Assembly: GCA_000004985.1 (NCBI GenBank)
Contig: GG738845.1
Source: Naegleria gruberi
Lineage: Eukaryota
DNA length: 64,000 bases
Direction: 5' to 3' (one strand)
Notes under the pieces: generated by a model
Seen by the model: only the letters and a program-made list of their open reading frames with translations
The model's database searches: none
Told to the model about the DNA's origin: nothing
Shown here: positions 30,698-42,926 of the stretch, in pieces
How positions within the stretch are numbered: position 1 is the first letter of the stretch
Layout of the letters: the number at the start of each line of letters is the position of its first letter
Translations under genes and position numbers: made by a program

Positions 30698-33600
30698 ATG
30701 CAGAAGGGCAATAACCAGCAGAATAAGAAGAGAGTGGCGTCTTCATCAACAAATACCAACAACAACAATTCTACAACAGTGGAACGTCCAACAAAAAAGA
30801 TTAAAGAATCACAACAAGGTACTATAGCACCTTCCGATGGAAAGAATGACATTATTTCAAAGGAGTTGCAAAAATCTCTTCCATTTGACCCTCATTTTGT
30901 TGATAGCAATAACGAAAAGAAGGAAAAAACACAATCAACAACACATGTTAAACCAATCAAAGCACTACCTCAAAAAAGTAGAAAAAAGCAAAAGAGTGAG
31001 GAAAGAAAAAAGAAAAAGGTGGAAGAAAAGAAGGCTAAAGATACTATGAGACAACAATTAATTGAATCTCACCAAAAGAATACACTAAAAGATGAAGAAT
31101 TAAAATTATTAAAACCTATAGGATCTATTGGTATTGGATCAGAGACAACAAAACAGGAGTTACAAAGAAAGGCAATTTACGAACAACTTGGTATCAAGGA
31201 AACAGCTCCTAAAGCTGAAAAGTTTTGGAATAAGAGGAATCCCGAATTAATTAATGAAAAGTGGAATGAACAAGGTTTACAATTGTATGAAGAAAATGAT
31301 GAGGATTTGATAAAAATCAATTCAATCATTCAAACAAATTCAAAGGATTCTTCATCAGATAAAATGCAAGTTGATGAAGATAACAAACCAGAAGAAAAGA
31401 AGCCACTCATGGTTCTGGACTTTTTTGGAACAGGAAACACAGTTAGTAACGTACCTTCTGCTAAAAACATTTCTAAAAAGGAAAATGAAGAGAAAAAGGA
31501 ACAAATTACAGAGTCTATCTTTTATGATAGTGATGAAGATCCAATGGTTGGCTTAAATTTGGAAGATATGGGTAAATCTCATAATCAACTTATTGATGAT
31601 ATGATTGAAAAGCTAGATCAATCAAAAACAGATGAGGAAAAGGAAATTAAGTTCACAAGATTTTATGTCACTGTTAAAAGAAAACCAGAAATACAAGATC
31701 AAAGAATGCTTCTTCCTATCTGCGGTGAAGAACAGAGAATTATGGAAACAATCAATGAAAGTGAAATTACCATTGTTAAGGGTGAAACTGGTAGTGGTAA
31801 AACAACACAAATCCCTCAATTTTTATACGAATATGGATATGGCAGAGTTGAATCAGGTTTCCCTGGAATTATTGGAGTCACTCAACCAAGAAGAGTTGCT
31901 GCAGTGAGTACAGCTAAGCGTGTTGCTGAAGAATTGAACGTTGTTTTTGGTGAAGAAGTTGCCTATCAAGTTAGATTTGACAAGAATGTCAATACAGAAA
32001 AGACAAAGATTAAATTTATGACTGATGGTATTTTGATGAGAGAAATTCAAACAGATCCTCTTTTGCTTAAATATTCAGTTATTGCTTTGGATGAAATTCA
32101 CGAAAGAAATGTAAATACAGACATATTGATTGGTTGGTTATCCAGATTTATACCTCAAAGAAATAGAATGGCAGCTGCTGGATTAACAACTCCAGAGGGA
32201 CAAACTATAACACCACTCAAATTAATTATCATGAGTGCTACACTCCAATTAGAAAACTTTACTGATAACAAGAAGCTTTTCGCTAATCCACCTCCTGTTG
32301 TTGATGTTCAATCAAGACAATATCCAGTTGTTGTTCATTTTAATAAGAGAACAATTTTCAATGACTATATGGAGGCTGCATTCAAGAAGGTTGTAAAAAT
32401 TCATGAAAGTTTACCAAATGGTGGTATTTTAATTTTTCTTACTGGTAGAAAAGAGATTGAATTTTTGGTTGAAAAGTTGAAAAATTACTCAACCAAACGT
32501 TATGTTCAAATTGTTAAAAAAGAGATGGAAAGGAAGAAATCTCTTAAAGAAAAGGAAGAGGAAAATCAAAGAACGGTAGAGGAAGAAGAAGAATTAATTA
32601 ATCAACTGGGTGATTTGAGTGATAGTGATGATGACGGTGATGAAATTTCCTCCAGTAAGAAGGCTGTTGGACTTAAGGAAGATGAAAATTTATTTGACGA
32701 CGACCAAGATCAATCCGAGCAAGAAGAAAAAGAAGAAAAAGAAATCAAAGAAGAGGAAGAAAAGGGAAAGAGTGAAACTGTTGTTCTCTTCCAAGAAAAT
32801 ATTAAATCCGATAAGGTAAAGAAGGAAGGTGAGGAAAATAATGCCAAGCTCAATAGTAAGAAAAAGGCTGAAAGATTGCATGTACTTCCACTCTATGCTA
32901 TGCTTCAACCTCATGAACAAATGAAAGTTTTCAACAATCCGCCTGAGGGTCATAGATTAGTTGTTGTGGCTACCAACGTTGCTGAAACCAGTTTGACCAT
33001 TCCAAATGTTAGATATGTTGTTGATTGTGGTCGTACTAAGGAAAAACAATTTGAAAAGAGTACTGGTATTTTCAAATTCCAAATTGGTTGGACTTCACAA
33101 GCAAGTGCCAATCAGAGAGCAGGTCGTGCAGGTCGTACAGGACCTGGTCATTGTTACAGATTATTCAGCAGTGCTGTGTTTGATCAAAGATTCAAGAATT
33201 ATACTGAACCAGACATTCTCAAAGCCCCAATAGAAAATATCATTTTACAAATGAAGAGTATGGGTATCAAACAAGTCGAAAAATTCCCATTCCCAACTCC
33301 TCCCGATGCTGATTCTGTGAAAAAAGGGGTTGACGCTTTAGTCAATTTAGGTGCTCTTGATAAATTTATCTCAAAAGAGGGAAATATTGAAACAATGATT
33401 ACCAAAATGGGTTCTGCCATGAATAGATTCCCACTCCATCCTAGATTTGCAAAAATGTTAATTCTCTCAAACAATAATCCCGACTTACTATTATATACTG
33501 CAGGTGCTGTGAGTGTAATGACGGTCCAACAAATATTTATGCATGATAACCATTTAACTCTTTTGAAAGAAAAGATTGAGAGAAGAAAACAAGAAGAATT

Positions 33601-34798
33601 GAAAGAAAAATTCTCTCGATTAGGAATGAAATCAGATGCCATTGATAAGAACAAGAAGTTGCAAATCGACTTGGAAGAAATTGAAGAAGAGCAAGCTGCA
33701 GAAAGTTTGGAAGAAAATTTATCTGAAGAACAAATCAATGAAGAGAAACAATATTTGGATGAGCAAGAGCTTGAAATGAAGACTAAATGTAAGGAAATTA
33801 AGAAAATGTGGTCCCATCCTCTCAGTGATCATTTGGCAATGCTTAAGGCAGTTGGTGCCTATTTATATGCAGATGATGCAAAAGAGTTTTGTCTCGAATA
33901 TATGTTACATCAAAAGAATATGAGAGAAGTTAGAAAGTTGCATAGACAATTATTAAATACAGTTAGATCAGAATTAAAAGCATCTGCCTTGGAGATTGAT
34001 ACAGACGAAACTGAAGTTGATATTCACGAGAAGGATGAAACTGTTGAATTCCCAGAACCAAAAGATGATGAAGATGAACAATATCAAGTTGATACTGCTA
34101 TCAGACAAGTTATTTGTGCTGGTATGGTCGATCAAGTTGCCAGATTAGCCACTGTGGAAGATTTGGCTCATATGGATGTTTCATATAAGGAAACAAGCAA
34201 GCCTTATGTAACTCTTTCATTGGGAAGGTCTGTACCTGTATTTATTCATCCTGGATCTTGTCTCTTTGGTCGTCATCCAGAGTATGTTGTATTTACCGAA
34301 TTGAGTAAGAGTAGAAAGAATAAGACTTATATGAGAGGAGTGACAGCAATTGAACCAAACTGGATTTCTAGATTTGGTAACAGCAAGTGTGGATTTGTTA
34401 AATTTTCAGACCCTCTCGAATCTCCAGCTCCATTCTATGACTCTGTTGATGATATGGTTAAATGCTTTGTGAGACCAACAATTCGCCAATCGGCTACGGG
34501 TGTTGTTTGGACTCTTCCAATAGAACCTGTTGAGTTTAAGGATGGATCAAGACAGGTTAATGTCTTTGCTAAATCTATTCTCGAAGGAAAGGTGTTCGAA
34601 GGTCTAAAACTTTCAAAAGAAACTATGGTCAACCTTCCAACAATCATTCAATCAAAACGTTTCTTGGACTTGACAATATCTCTAAAGAAAGTGTTCCCAA
34701 ATGGCCTTAAATGCTCCAAAGCCAAATTGCAAGCAAAATGGAATGAAGACTCATCCTTCCTTAGGAAAGAACTTTCAAACCTTGGGTTAAAGTTTTAA
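30698..34798 (+). CDS. DHX37: DEAH-box ATP-dependent RNA helicase, like DHX37/Dhr1, a small-subunit processome factor
   Basis: The helicase motifs are present: GETGSGKTTQIPQFL, TQPRRVAAVSTAKRVAEE, DEIHERN, MSATLQ, VVATNVAETSLTIPNVRYVVDCG and QRAGRAGRTGPGHCYRLFS. The protein also has a long Lys-rich N-terminus and an acidic insertion within RecA2, as in DHX37. No intron is required. Confidence 0.8.
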   Translation: MQKGNNQQNKKRVASSSTNTNNNNSTTVERPTKKIKESQQGTIAPSDGKNDIISKELQKSLPFDPHFVDSNNEKKEKTQSTTHVKPIKALPQKSRKKQKSEERKKKKVEEKKAKDTMRQQLIESHQKNTLKDEELKLLKPIGSIGIGSETTKQELQRKAIYEQLGIKETAPKAEKFWNKRNPELINEKWNEQGLQLYEENDEDLIKINSIIQTNSKDSSSDKMQVDEDNKPEEKKPLMVLDFFGTGNTVSNVPSAKNISKKENEEKKEQITESIFYDSDEDPMVGLNLEDMGKSHNQLIDDMIEKLDQSKTDEEKEIKFTRFYVTVKRKPEIQDQRMLLPICGEEQRIMETINESEITIVKGETGSGKTTQIPQFLYEYGYGRVESGFPGIIGVTQPRRVAAVSTAKRVAEELNVVFGEEVAYQVRFDKNVNTEKTKIKFMTDGILMREIQTDPLLLKYSVIALDEIHERNVNTDILIGWLSRFIPQRNRMAAAGLTTPEGQTITPLKLIIMSATLQLENFTDNKKLFANPPPVVDVQSRQYPVVVHFNKRTIFNDYMEAAFKKVVKIHESLPNGGILIFLTGRKEIEFLVEKLKNYSTKRYVQIVKKEMERKKSLKEKEEENQRTVEEEEELINQLGDLSDSDDDGDEISSSKKAVGLKEDENLFDDDQDQSEQEEKEEKEIKEEEEKGKSETVVLFQENIKSDKVKKEGEENNAKLNSKKKAERLHVLPLYAMLQPHEQMKVFNNPPEGHRLVVVATNVAETSLTIPNVRYVVDCGRTKEKQFEKSTGIFKFQIGWTSQASANQRAGRAGRTGPGHCYRLFSSAVFDQRFKNYTEPDILKAPIENIILQMKSMGIKQVEKFPFPTPPDADSVKKGVDALVNLGALDKFISKEGNIETMITKMGSAMNRFPLHPRFAKMLILSNNNPDLLLYTAGAVSVMTVQQIFMHDNHLTLLKEKIERRKQEELKEKFSRLGMKSDAIDKNKKLQIDLEEIEEEQAAESLEENLSEEQINEEKQYLDEQELEMKTKCKEIKKMWSHPLSDHLAMLKAVGAYLYADDAKEFCLEYMLHQKNMREVRKLHRQLLNTVRSELKASALEIDTDETEVDIHEKDETVEFPEPKDDEDEQYQVDTAIRQVICAGMVDQVARLATVEDLAHMDVSYKETSKPYVTLSLGRSVPVFIHPGSCLFGRHPEYVVFTELSKSRKNKTYMRGVTAIEPNWISRFGNSKCGFVKFSDPLESPAPFYDSVDDMVKCFVRPTIRQSATGVVWTLPIEPVEFKDGSRQVNVFAKSILEGKVFEGLKLSKETMVNLPTIIQSKRFLDLTISLKKVFPNGLKCSKAKLQAKWNEDSSFLRKELSNLGLKF

Positions 34799-34824
34799 TA
34801 AAAACATTATTTGAACAAAAAAAA

Positions 34825-34977
34825 TGGAATCAAAAGGAGTGATTGATTTGTTAGGAGGTGGAGCGTTAGGATATTTTGTTGTTCTTTTAATCTTTTTGCA
34901 CCTTGCTGCCTTTGGTTTCTGGATTGTAAAGGTAATGTGCACTAACACTGATGCTGTAGATGAAAGGAAGAACAAAT
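34825..34977 (+). CDS. Candidate 50-codon micro-ORF encoding a single-pass membrane peptide (MESKGVIDLLGGGALGYFVVLLIFLHLAAFGFWIVKVMCTNTDAVDERKNK)
   Basis: It is absent from the ORF track because it is under 60 aa. It has an ATG, one hydrophobic helix and a charged tail. It lies in the 288-bp gap between convergent genes. It could also be a chance ORF. Confidence 0.2.
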
Positions 34978-35085
34978 AGTCATCGGAATTAATGAATGAA
35001 CCGCTGAAATAAAATCCTTTATTGTAGTCGATTTGGGATATGAATTGTGATAAATATTGCAGAAATAATTTATTAATATTATAAA

Positions 35086-36048
35086 CTATCCTTTCTGCAC
35101 TCTGTACTGTTGATATTGCAAAATAACAGACACCAATTGCCAAAATGAAAATTCTGGCCAATACAGAGAAGAAATATAAATCATGGATTTTTCGCACTGC
35201 CACGTCAAGAAATCTGACAATCTCATCTCTCCACTTGTTCTAACAATAATATCAGGTTCACTTGTAGTAAGGAAATACTTGTCGAGTAGTTTAGTTTCTT
35301 CCTCTATTACTATCGACTTTTTTTTCTCCTCATTTGATAAATCTTTGTTGCTGATCTTATCTGAAATGTAATTGGTGATAGCATTTTCGATTTCATAGGT
35401 TGATGTATATGGACAACATAAATTCAATATAAGAGCATCATTACCATATTTTGAATTAATTTTGTAAGAATAGTCCATGGCTCTTTGGGCACTATCTTGA
35501 ACATATTGTGGAAATCTGTTGAAATCTCCTAAAACTCGTAAAATTACCTTATACTTGATTATGAAAGATTTCTTTTTTGTGACCATGTCTTTAAATCTTC
35601 TATCCATTAGATCCATAATATTGTCAACCTCCTGTTTATCCCTTTTAAAATTATCAATCGAAAAAGCATAAACAGTAACAGTTTTCACACCCAACATTTC
35701 ACACCAATTTAGACATTGTTTCAGTTTCTTATATCCGGAACGATGACCCTCTTTGATTGGAATATTCTTTTTAGTTGCATACCTTCTATTACCATCCATA
35801 ATGAAGGCTATGTGTTGTGGAAGCAAATCATTAGTCTTTGGGTCGTATCGTAAAATTCTAACAATACATGTTATTATTAATTCATAAAACCATGTGAACC
35901 ACGAAACTATTACTTGAACAAAAGATTTTTGTTTTTTAATAATCCGAGAATTGTTTCTTTCCGAAATTTTATATTCATTCATTGAGGATTCCAAATTACT
36001 ACTTGTACTACTATTATCATTCCAAGTCATATTAAGCAATAAATTCAT
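35086..36048 (-). CDS. cis-prenyltransferase / dehydrodolichyl diphosphate synthase (UPP-synthase family) with an N-terminal hydrophobic extension
   Basis: The conserved motifs HIAFIMDGNRRYA and RTSGEMRLSDFLTWQ are present. The genuine ATG is at 36048; the ORF-track start at 36051 is a TTG. Confidence 0.8.
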   Translation of the reverse strand: MNLLLNMTWNDNSSTSSNLESSMNEYKISERNNSRIIKKQKSFVQVIVSWFTWFYELIITCIVRILRYDPKTNDLLPQHIAFIMDGNRRYATKKNIPIKEGHRSGYKKLKQCLNWCEMLGVKTVTVYAFSIDNFKRDKQEVDNIMDLMDRRFKDMVTKKKSFIIKYKVILRVLGDFNRFPQYVQDSAQRAMDYSYKINSKYGNDALILNLCCPYTSTYEIENAITNYISDKISNKDLSNEEKKKSIVIEEETKLLDKYFLTTSEPDIIVRTSGEMRLSDFLTWQCEKSMIYISSLYWPEFSFWQLVSVILQYQQYRVQKG

Positions 36049-36128
36049 CAAAAAACAAAGTGTTTGTATTTTTTTTTGTTTTTTATTTCGGACTTTATTT
36101 TGGACACGTTTTCCAATACTGATGTGAC

Positions 36129-39100
36129 CTAGTTGTGTTTGTTTTTTTTGGAATGTGGCCTAATATTGTTGTCTATTGGTTTTCTCTTCTTAGTGAGAAT
36201 GGTACGAATGGTTGGACCACTATTCTCTAAAACCTTATCAACAAGTTGTTCTTGCCCGTTGTGGAGAAATGAGTGTATAACTGGATTATAGTCTTGTTTG
36301 AAATGCAATACAGACCACTCTATGAAAATTATTATTAAATTGGGAACGGACATTGCTGTTGTGGTAAAATCTCTAACAAGTGTTTCAAAAAAACCAAGTA
36401 CTTCATCACGTTCATGATTTGCAAGAAGATTTGTTCTATCAAATACCTCAGTAATGATGAAAGATAACTTTTTTGAAAAATTTTCACAATTGCCAGCTTG
36501 GTTGATTAATATTTTCAATCCATCTAGAAACCAAGATTTAGAATTTTGGTCTGATTTTGTTGCCAAATAAATTTCTAATTCTCTATCACACATTCTTAAA
36601 ATTGAGAAGAAATCTGTAGGCAAGCGTGTCAATATATTAGTGCTAAGATTTGCTAATTCCACAAATATATTTCTCATGACAGAGTTCAAGTCTTCCTCAT
36701 CCCTCATAAAGTGGTTGAATATTATGCTCTTAATATGATCAGATAAATTATGAATCACTGATGCAAGATCTGGTAGCCAATATATCCAATACTTCAGTTC
36801 TAACACCTCACAAAGAGTTTTGGAAGCTAGTAAGTTATTTGTTAAAATGCTGGAAAACCATAGAAATTCTTGATTCGATAACATTTTAAATTGACCAGTA
36901 TGGAAGAGTAATGCCAATCTCTGTAGAAGAGGAGGAAATTTCTCATTTTGTTTTGCCATATTTATGGAGAATACTCGATTTTCTCCAATGATTTGGCAAA
37001 TAGTCTTTAAAAAGGGAACAATATTTTGAGAAGAGTCTTTCCATTTGATCACTTTACAAGTTATGCCATCAAAAACAATGTTTAAAAAGTTAACGTGATC
37101 CCTAGAGTGTAAACTTTTGAAAATCACCTCTAAAATTTTTCCAAATCCATCATAACTCTTTTTCTGTGAGCATTCCACAAATATCTCCCTGCAAACTATT
37201 CCCAAATCCTCCAACAAGAACACATCTCTATATTTTTCTATTATATCCGAAAGACATCTGTTGAAGGTACTACTTTGGGTTATCATTCCAGCTCTTACCA
37301 ATTGTCGAGTTAGAGAGGAAGAGTCTATAAGAGTGTTGGACTCTATGAGCTCAAAAACAAACTTTCTAATCTCAAATGGATTTTGCTCTGCAATCTCTTT
37401 TTCCATTATAATTCTGAAAGAAAAACAGTTATGAAAAGGATGAACCTGGGGTAGATTGATTCTTAGGAAATTTAGCAGACCCAAAGATTTGATAGAGAGT
37501 TTTGTTTGGAATTCTTTAAAACGTTTTAACATTTTTTCAGAATTTTCGCAGAAGAATTGTAAAAATTCTATAGGTCTGTTGGAATACATTTCTAAAATGG
37601 ATTCTAAAATTGTATTCTCAGAAGTTGGATCAATAGGTTGAGATTTGGAATCAGAGAGGTAAAACTTGGAAAGAATGGATAGTCGTATTGAATTTGCGAC
37701 TGGTCCTATCGATTCTTCTTCAATTGATTCAAGGGGAGATATGATACATTGCCTAGCATGCGTTGAATCCTCTAAAATTATTCTCTCTTCAATTGTTGAT
37801 AGTAAAGGTATGGTAAACTTGTTTTTTTGCAAGAGGGATTTAAGCCATGTTTGAAAGTTGAATCTTAAAATACAATCAGAAGAATGATTGGTTATAACTT
37901 ACTTAATGGATTTCGAATAATGAAATAATGTAGCCCAGTACATGCAATTGTGGATGTAAAATCGTGATAAAGTATTGGAAGTTATGTTCGGATGTAAAAA
38001 TAAAATATTATCTATTATATCAATGAATGAATTTTCATCCCTAGTATCTGATAAAAGTTGTACAAATCTATTTACAAAAATGTCATTATCTTGTCTGACC
38101 ATAAAAATAAAACCAGAAATTTTCAATTGTTTTGAATGAAGGAAATGTTGCTGAGAAATTCTAAAGCAAATCTTGGCCAAAAACCTTTTAAAAAATGATT
38201 TCTCACATGCCTTGTATACCAATAGCACTTTTTCTATCAATTCTTTTTTAAATTCGTCAGAATATAGTAATAATATGAAAATGGTAGCTGTTAAATCTTC
38301 TACAATATTATAAGGTATATGTTTAGTAGCCTCACCAAATATAAAGCTATTATCCTTACTGATAAATGAATAATCAATTTCAGGCCGTGAATTGAATATC
38401 TTTAACAAATCGAATAACTTTGTTGATGGCAACTCCTGAAAAATAAACCGTTGAACCAAATTACTTATTGTGAAATTATTAATACAGTGAATACTAGCAA
38501 TGCAATCCCAAACATCAAAAAGATCTTTTTTTTCGAGAGGAGTCATTTCTAAAAAGAGGCGAAGGAATTTTGCAATGTTCTCCATGATTTTAAGTAGAAT
38601 TGACTCGCTAGTACTCGACTCTTCCAGACTTGTAAATTCTATCTGGGTTGGCATTGAGAAAACCATTGATGAATTTTGAATTAATAAATTCAATTCCATA
38701 CTACAGTTTTTCAATATGGTCGCTAAACTTTGAAAGTTATAAATATTGAATTGTTTTGAGGTATTAGACACAAAGGTAAAATCGATTAGGTTACATTTTT
38801 CAAGTTCGTCAAAAAATTGCTGTAGAATTCCTCTACCAAAAATATAATTAGATTCTGTGCATAAAATCATGTCAGTCACATTATGGTATTTTTTCATTAA
38901 ATGTGAGGCTATTCTTTCAGAAATAAAGCCAATGCTAATTAATTTATCCTCCTCTGATGTGTCAAGAAAGAAAAAGGTAAGCCTTCTTTGTTGACTGCAT
39001 ACTTCAAATAATGAATAATTTTTGAATTTTGGATTAATAAATCTATGAATATCATTCTCAATCTTATCCAGAAAAGTATGCTCAAGTAATAGAAAAATCC

Positions 39101-39641
39101 AAGTGTTCATACTAAAAAAACTTTCTCCACCCAAACTTGAAATTCCACTATCTGATAAATCTCCAAACATGATTAATTCCTCTTCCAAAACTTGTTTAAC
39201 TGAAAGATGAAATATATTCAATTGTTCCAATAAAACTTCTGTAATTCTATCCTTTAGAATAGTTTCTAAATATTTAAACGAATTTTGCTTGGCATTTTTC
39301 GAAATGGAAAAGTATAATGTTGTAAACAAGCTCATAAAAATGTCAAACCACAACATTTTGTGATTAAATATTATTTTCTTATAGATTTCATCTAGATTGG
39401 CTGACGATTTGCTTGTTTCATTGAACAGTCTCGCAAGATATTCAATAAATAATTTTGAAATTGATGAGAACAATATCGGAAATTTGTGCATGTAGTAATT
39501 CAAATTTTGCCATTGTGTATGTGATAAATCTAAATAATTGGAAGATGAATCCCGTTTAATAGCCTCTTCTATTCCCTTCCAAATTATTTGAAAGGTGTGG
39601 AAAGCCTTTATATGTGTGGAAGACATGACGGTAATCAACAT
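36129..39641 (-). CDS. Large uncharacterised alpha-helical protein of about 1,150 aa with a C-terminal basic NLS-like tail (KKRKPIDNNIRPHSKKNKHN). Two exons, 39641-37903 and 37863-36129.
   Basis: ORFs 37899-39746 and 36129-37832 join in frame through a 39-bp intron (GTAAGT..TTTTAAG, 37864-37902), giving ...HYSKSIK|FNFQTWLKSLLQKNKF.... The likely genuine ATG is at 39641 (MLITVMSSTHIK...). Upstream of that, the ORF-track frame is hydrophobic junk. No family was recognised. Confidence 0.55.
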
Positions 39642-39705
39642 GAAAACATTTTTTGCTTCAATTCTAAAAATAAAACATAATTGCGAATAAATAATAACAA
39701 AAAAA

Positions 39706-40028
39706 ATGGCCAACGATAAGAAGGTTGATAACGAAGTGGAAAACAAAGTCGATGAACAAGATGTTTTGGAAGATGATGACTTTGAGGAATTTGAAGATGA
39801 AAGTATGTATTATTAATAGTAAAAATCAACAAAAATATGGTCCGATCTTGAATGATTGCTTAATAATTTTTATTATTTAATTGTAATACAACAGAATGGG
39901 ATGTAAACCAAAAGGAAGAACAAGAACAATTAGAATGGGAAGAAGATTGGGACGATGAAGATGTGGACGATTTTTCGAAACAATTACGTGAAGAACTCAA
40001 ACGACACGAAATGCAAGACGATCAATAA
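39706..40028 (+). CDS. SEM1: DSS1/SEM1 family 26S proteasome lid subunit (also the BRCA2/TREX-2 partner). Two exons, 39706-39802 and 39895-40028. Not in the ORF track.
   Basis: The spliced product is MANDKKVDNEVENKVDEQDVLEDDDFEEFEDEK|WDVNQKEEQEQLEWEEDWDDEDVDDFSKQLREELKRHEMQDDQ. Human DSS1 reads ...[50 protein letters not shown].... The intron is 92 bp (GTATGT..AACAG). The ATG follows AAAAAAAA and is only 64 bp from the divergent ATG at 39641. Confidence 0.75.
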
Positions 40029-40180
40029 TTATTTATTCATTAAACAGTCACCATTTACAACCCATTATCATTCCCTCCATCCCTAATACTCTTCTGCAAT
40101 AATTCTATCATTGTAGATGTGCTTTATATTCCATTGTAAAAATAAAAACAAATTGCTTATTTGTAATGTTAATAAAAAAT

Positions 40181-42454
40181 TTATTGTTTTGTTAGAGCAG
40201 TAAACAGAGATTCAGCTCTGGAGTAATAACTCTTTTTGGAAACTGAAGAAGGTGATTGCATCGGAGAAGCCGATAATGGAGAAGATGTTAAGAAGCTAGA
40301 AGTCTTAGAACTGAATGGTGAATAGCTTAATGAAGAAATATCTCTTTCTGGTGTGTATGGAAGTTTGTCAGAAGGGGATTTGAAGGCGTCAAACTTTTCA
40401 GCTGAACCATTAATCTTGGAATTGATTAAATTGAAATTAACACCCATTCCAATAATATTGGTTGTAACAGGAGTACTTGTAATTGAGGAGGATCTTTGAG
40501 GTTGAGGAGTAATACTAACGTCATCAGTAAAATCCAATCGCTTACCAAATCCTTGCTTTCTTTCTCTACCAGTTATTTGGTTTTGAGGAGTGGATGGACT
40601 GAAAAGATATGATGGGCTTCCAAAACTATTGTTAATTGGGGATTTCTTTTTTGGAGTATTAATATTTGAGCCAGTTGGACTATCAGATTCGCGTTTACGT
40701 TTTCTTAAAATGGAAGGAGAATTAAATTTGAGTGGAGACATGAAATCTTTTGAAGGTGAAAAGAATGGAATATGTTTTGAAGGTGTTTTGGATGGACTAA
40801 ACAGAATGGAATTTCTATCATGTTTAGGACTGGAAAACATTTCCTCAAAACTGAAGGAAGAATTTAAATTTGAAGTATCATGCTTACTTGGGGAAGGAGC
40901 CATGGCAATATCATAATGTAAATTATTTGGATAAACATCAGTGCTCATTTCTGGGTTGTATGTTGGTGGTTGTACAAGAATTGAATTATTCGCATCATTG
41001 ACTGGTTGAATTTCAACAAATAATGATTCTCCATAACACTCATTTTGAGGTTCATCATACTCAATCAAAGAAGGTGCAATATCAACAACTGATCCTTCAG
41101 CTGTAGTAATAGTCTCAGTAACTGTTGTTTCAACTTGTTGTGGAGCCACTGTAAGTGACACCATTGGAGGAATAGTTGGTGGTACAGAACTGGATGGAAA
41201 AGTGGATGGAATTTGTGGAGGTTGTGATTTTGGTGGCAACTCATTGAGTTGATCTGTTTTCTTAGATTTTCTTCTCGTGTATTTTCTCTTTGGTTTGGCA
41301 TTAGGATCTATGAGAGGTGTTGAGCAAGTGGAAGTTGTTGTGCTATTTGTTTGACTGGATACAATTGAAGTTGTACTAGCTTCTGAAACTGTATCTAAAC
41401 CATCGTCAGACTTTTTCTTAGCAGCACGTCCTCTAGGTTTTGTTGGTGGAAGACCTTCTTTTTCTCTTCGTTCCCTTTCCATCTTTCTTCTCATTGTTGA
41501 ATTCCAATGATTCTTAATGGCATTGTCAGTTCTTCCAGGTAAAAGTTTAGCAATTTGTGCCCATTTGTTACCATAATCTTTATGTGCTTGATAAATGATA
41601 CGATCTTCTTCCTCAGTCCATGGTCCTTTGTTGATATCTGGATTAAGATGATTGTGCCACCTTTCACGACATTGTTTACCAATTCTTCCAGGTAAATGTT
41701 GAGCAATGAGTGACCATTTTTTGGCACCATACTTTTTAACTAATTCGACAACTTGATTGTCTTCCTCCTGGGTCCATGGTCCTTTGACAACTTCAGGATT
41801 CAAAACTTTTTGCCATCTGTGAAGACATTGAACATCAGTTCTTTCAGGGAAATGTTCGGCGATCTTCTTCCAATTTTTGGCTCTATGATGCAAAACAGCA
41901 GCCTTTAATATTCTGTCTTCTTCTGGTGTCCATTTTACTTTGGATTTGTCCCTTATAAGAATTAGCTAATAATCTTCTGATTTCACTTACTTTTTAGAAC
42001 AAGTACTCTCTCCTTCCGATTCATCAGTACTTTCGGATGGATCAGCTTCGTCATCGGAAACAGCATCTTTAGACTTGGATGTCGACACGATGATTGGGGT
42101 ATTCATTTTCAAGGGTGTATCTGGAGAAATAGAAGCAACAATACCACTCGGTGGAATTATTCCTGTTGCACTTGTATATGGAGATGAATAATTGTTATGG
42201 ATATTAATTTCTGAGAGTAATCCTGAGTGATGATGAATTGTTCCATTGAACATTAAAAATTGTTTAGTGCCATTTGAATCGGTGGATGGGACAAGTGGAG
42301 AAGGATGATGTGGATCCATCATTGGAGGATATGGGGTTGTTGGAGTTGAATATAAAACAGGATTTGTAGTGCTTGTACTTGTGGAAGGAGGAGGGTTAGT
42401 TGGGTTTTGAAGAAAAGCAGAGTTAGGTTGTTTCTTTGTTGTGTTAGGGTTCAT
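40181..42454 (-). CDS. Myb-family transcription factor with three tandem Myb repeats (R1R2R3, c-Myb/B-Myb type). Exons 42454-41991 and 41951-40181.
   Basis: The Myb repeats are [100 protein letters not shown] and [50 protein letters not shown]. The upstream exon starts at a genuine ATG at 42454 and joins through a 39-bp intron (GTAAGT..TATAAG, 41952-41990), phase 2. The flanks are Ser/Thr/Pro-rich. Confidence 0.85.
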
Positions 42455-42926
42455 GATGATTGTTTCGATCAGAGAACTTGTGTTGACTTTGAATTATGGC
42501 AGTAACGATATTGCAAGAGGAAGGAAATATTGAATTGGCTTCCGTGATTGGCTATAAAGCAGAATACAAGAATATATTTGTTGAAAGGATTTGATGAAAT
42601 ATTAGATTGCAATCATTTGATATAATTTAATATTACACAAGAGTAGGAAGGTAAGCATCATAAGAAATCAAATACAAACCTCTTTTTAAAGAAAGGTCAA
42701 GTTGTTGCCGACCTTGTAACAAACAAGATAATTCCAAGTAGATGATGTCTAATTTTGTATCCACAACTCACCTATGGTTGTGAATGGATGATGCTATAGT
42801 AAAGAGGAATTAATTTAATAAAAACTTTGAAATTTTAGGCTTGATAGAGACTACCTAACATACGCTTGTAAGTCTCGTGCTGGATGCTGTGGAAATTTTT
42901 TTGGAGTGGTTGAACAAGTGATTTAT

